Origin: a virus
Taxonomy: Duplodnaviria > Caudoviricetes
Virus record (IMG/VR): IMGVR_UViG_3300022752_000063
Coordinates: 1,939 to 65,938 of that record
Reading direction: 5' to 3' (one strand)
Length of the DNA stretch: 64,000 nucleotides
The position numbers and the translations under genes were made by a program. The notes under the pieces were generated by a model. It was not told where the DNA came from, ran no database searches, and saw only the letters and a list, made by a program, of their open reading frames with translations. This document shows positions 62,913 through 64,000 of this stretch, piece after piece (within the stretch, counting starts at the first letter, position 1; each line of letters begins with the position of its first letter).

Positions 62913-63114
62913 ATAACCTCCTATTCGCCGTAGGTCACGCCAGCCAAAGCCAAGAAGTCACTCGACTTCTTTTTGGATAGCTTGGTGGCAAGCCTGATGG
63001 CCTGATCTCTTGCATCGAACTCGTTGGGGGCATTGACGCACACCGCAAGGGATACTTGCGGATAGGCCCACTCCCACACATAGACTCGATACTCTTTCAT
63101 GGTTCCTCCTATGA

Positions 63115-63357
63115 TTAAACCGCCCGCCCGCCAGCAAACAATACATTTCTTAGGATGGATTGCTGGCCTTTGCGGTTGGTGATCTTCTTGTGCCGATCGA
63201 AGTCCTCGGGGTTCCGAAAGACTTGAAGAGTCCCGCCAGTCTTATGGTCGAAGACCAGCGACCCCCGATAGCGTGGAATATCCACACCACGGGGGACGCC
63301 GATCACTTTCCGACCGATAGGATAGGGCGGGGTTCTACTTACGACCCCGGCGTCCAC
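63115..63357 (-). CDS. Hypothetical protein
   Basis: 80-aa ORF overlapping the upstream gene; start uncertain. Confidence 0.45.
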   Translation of the reverse strand: MDAGVVSRTPPYPIGRKVIGVPRGVDIPRYRGSLVFDHKTGGTLQVFRNPEDFDRHKKITNRKGQQSILRNVLFAGGRAV

Positions 63358-63584
63358 GTCGGGAACCGAGCATCGAGCTCGGCCTGACTGGGCATCTCGT
63401 ACCTGATCTTCACTCCGAAGTCCGAGGCACGGACATTCACCATCCGCAAGTCGGCGTTGTATTCCCGCTTGGCTTGCTCGATGGCGAACTTGGGGTTGCG
63501 ATTGGCAGAGCCTACATAGCCAGTCTTATTCAGACGGGCGGAGTAGGTTCCATTGGCGTTGCATATGATAGTATGCTCTTTCAT
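63339..63584 (-). CDS. Hypothetical early protein
   Basis: GAAAGAGG RBS shared with the upstream gene. Confidence 0.65.
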   Translation of the reverse strand: MKEHTIICNANGTYSARLNKTGYVGSANRNPKFAIEQAKREYNADLRMVNVRASDFGVKIRYEMPSQAELDARFPTWTPGS

Positions 63585-63672
63585 TGGATACCTCTTTCTA
63601 TTGGTTTATTGTTTGGCTTGTCTCTTCAGTTGGCGAAGTGCCACTTCACCAAGACCCCCGAGGGGGTTTCGA

Positions 63673-63909
63673 CTAGCTCCTGTCAAAGTGCGTCAGTTTG
63701 ACGACACCATCGGGGAACACGCTGGCATCGGTATACCCGCCATTCCCGTGAACAGTCATCAACGCCACGCCACTCGGCGTGACATTCTCCAAGGTGTAGC
63801 CCTTGGTCTTGAGATTGTGGATCTCATTCCTCTGTTTCATGTTGAGCAACTCGAGACCATAGCAGTCCCGACCCACTCTCCAAGTCAACTCGGTATTCGT
63901 CAGATTCAT
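63673..63909 (-). CDS. Hypothetical early protein
   Basis: GAAAGAGG RBS; followed by hairpin ACCCCC-ga-GGGGT at ~63654-63668. Confidence 0.65.
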   Translation of the reverse strand: MNLTNTELTWRVGRDCYGLELLNMKQRNEIHNLKTKGYTLENVTPSGVALMTVHGNGGYTDASVFPDGVVKLTHFDRS

Positions 63910-64000
63910 TGGATACCTCTTTCTTTTTGGTTGTTTGTTTTACCCTCCACCATGAAGGGTGAACAATCCTAACCCGCCATCCTTGCTCTAGAATCAAGGA

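Noticed and set aside
1-64000. Alternative genetic code or prophage status
   Set aside because: Genes are intact and tightly packed under the standard code with TAA, TAG and TGA all used as stops; no integrase, repressor or host genes are seen.

Overview
The window is most of a tailed dsDNA bacteriophage genome with podovirus-like organisation. No integrase, RNA polymerase, complete tRNA or CRISPR array is seen. Positions 1-940 are largely non-coding, with an origin/terminus-like repeat and AT-rich region. Positions ~1.2-13.3 kb (minus strand) hold the replication module: primase-helicase, family A DNA polymerase, SSB-like protein, DUF2800/Cas4-like exonuclease, SF2 helicase, RuvC-like resolvase and small nucleotide-metabolism genes. 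Positions 13.4-52.1 kb (plus strand) hold packaging, capsid, lysis, short-tail and fibre genes, ejection proteins, a 2975-aa virion protein and a cluster of small basic proteins. Positions 52.1-64 kb (minus strand) are early/accessory genes, including two C5-methyltransferase-like paralogs, GP88, rIIA/rIIB and a possible histone-fold protein. The most striking observation is inside the 2975-aa protein: a zincin-like segment is followed by three exact copies of LASSIDPN, written in different codons. These copies delimit a sigma70-like domain (regions 2 and 4) and a second cassette, suggesting a virion-injected polyprotein that releases a phage sigma factor. Other signals are a shared N-terminal MPLG on four unrelated proteins, a family of near-leaderless promoters with a non-canonical -10, and two structured RNA leaders. 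All family assignments come from motif recognition by eye; no database search was run.
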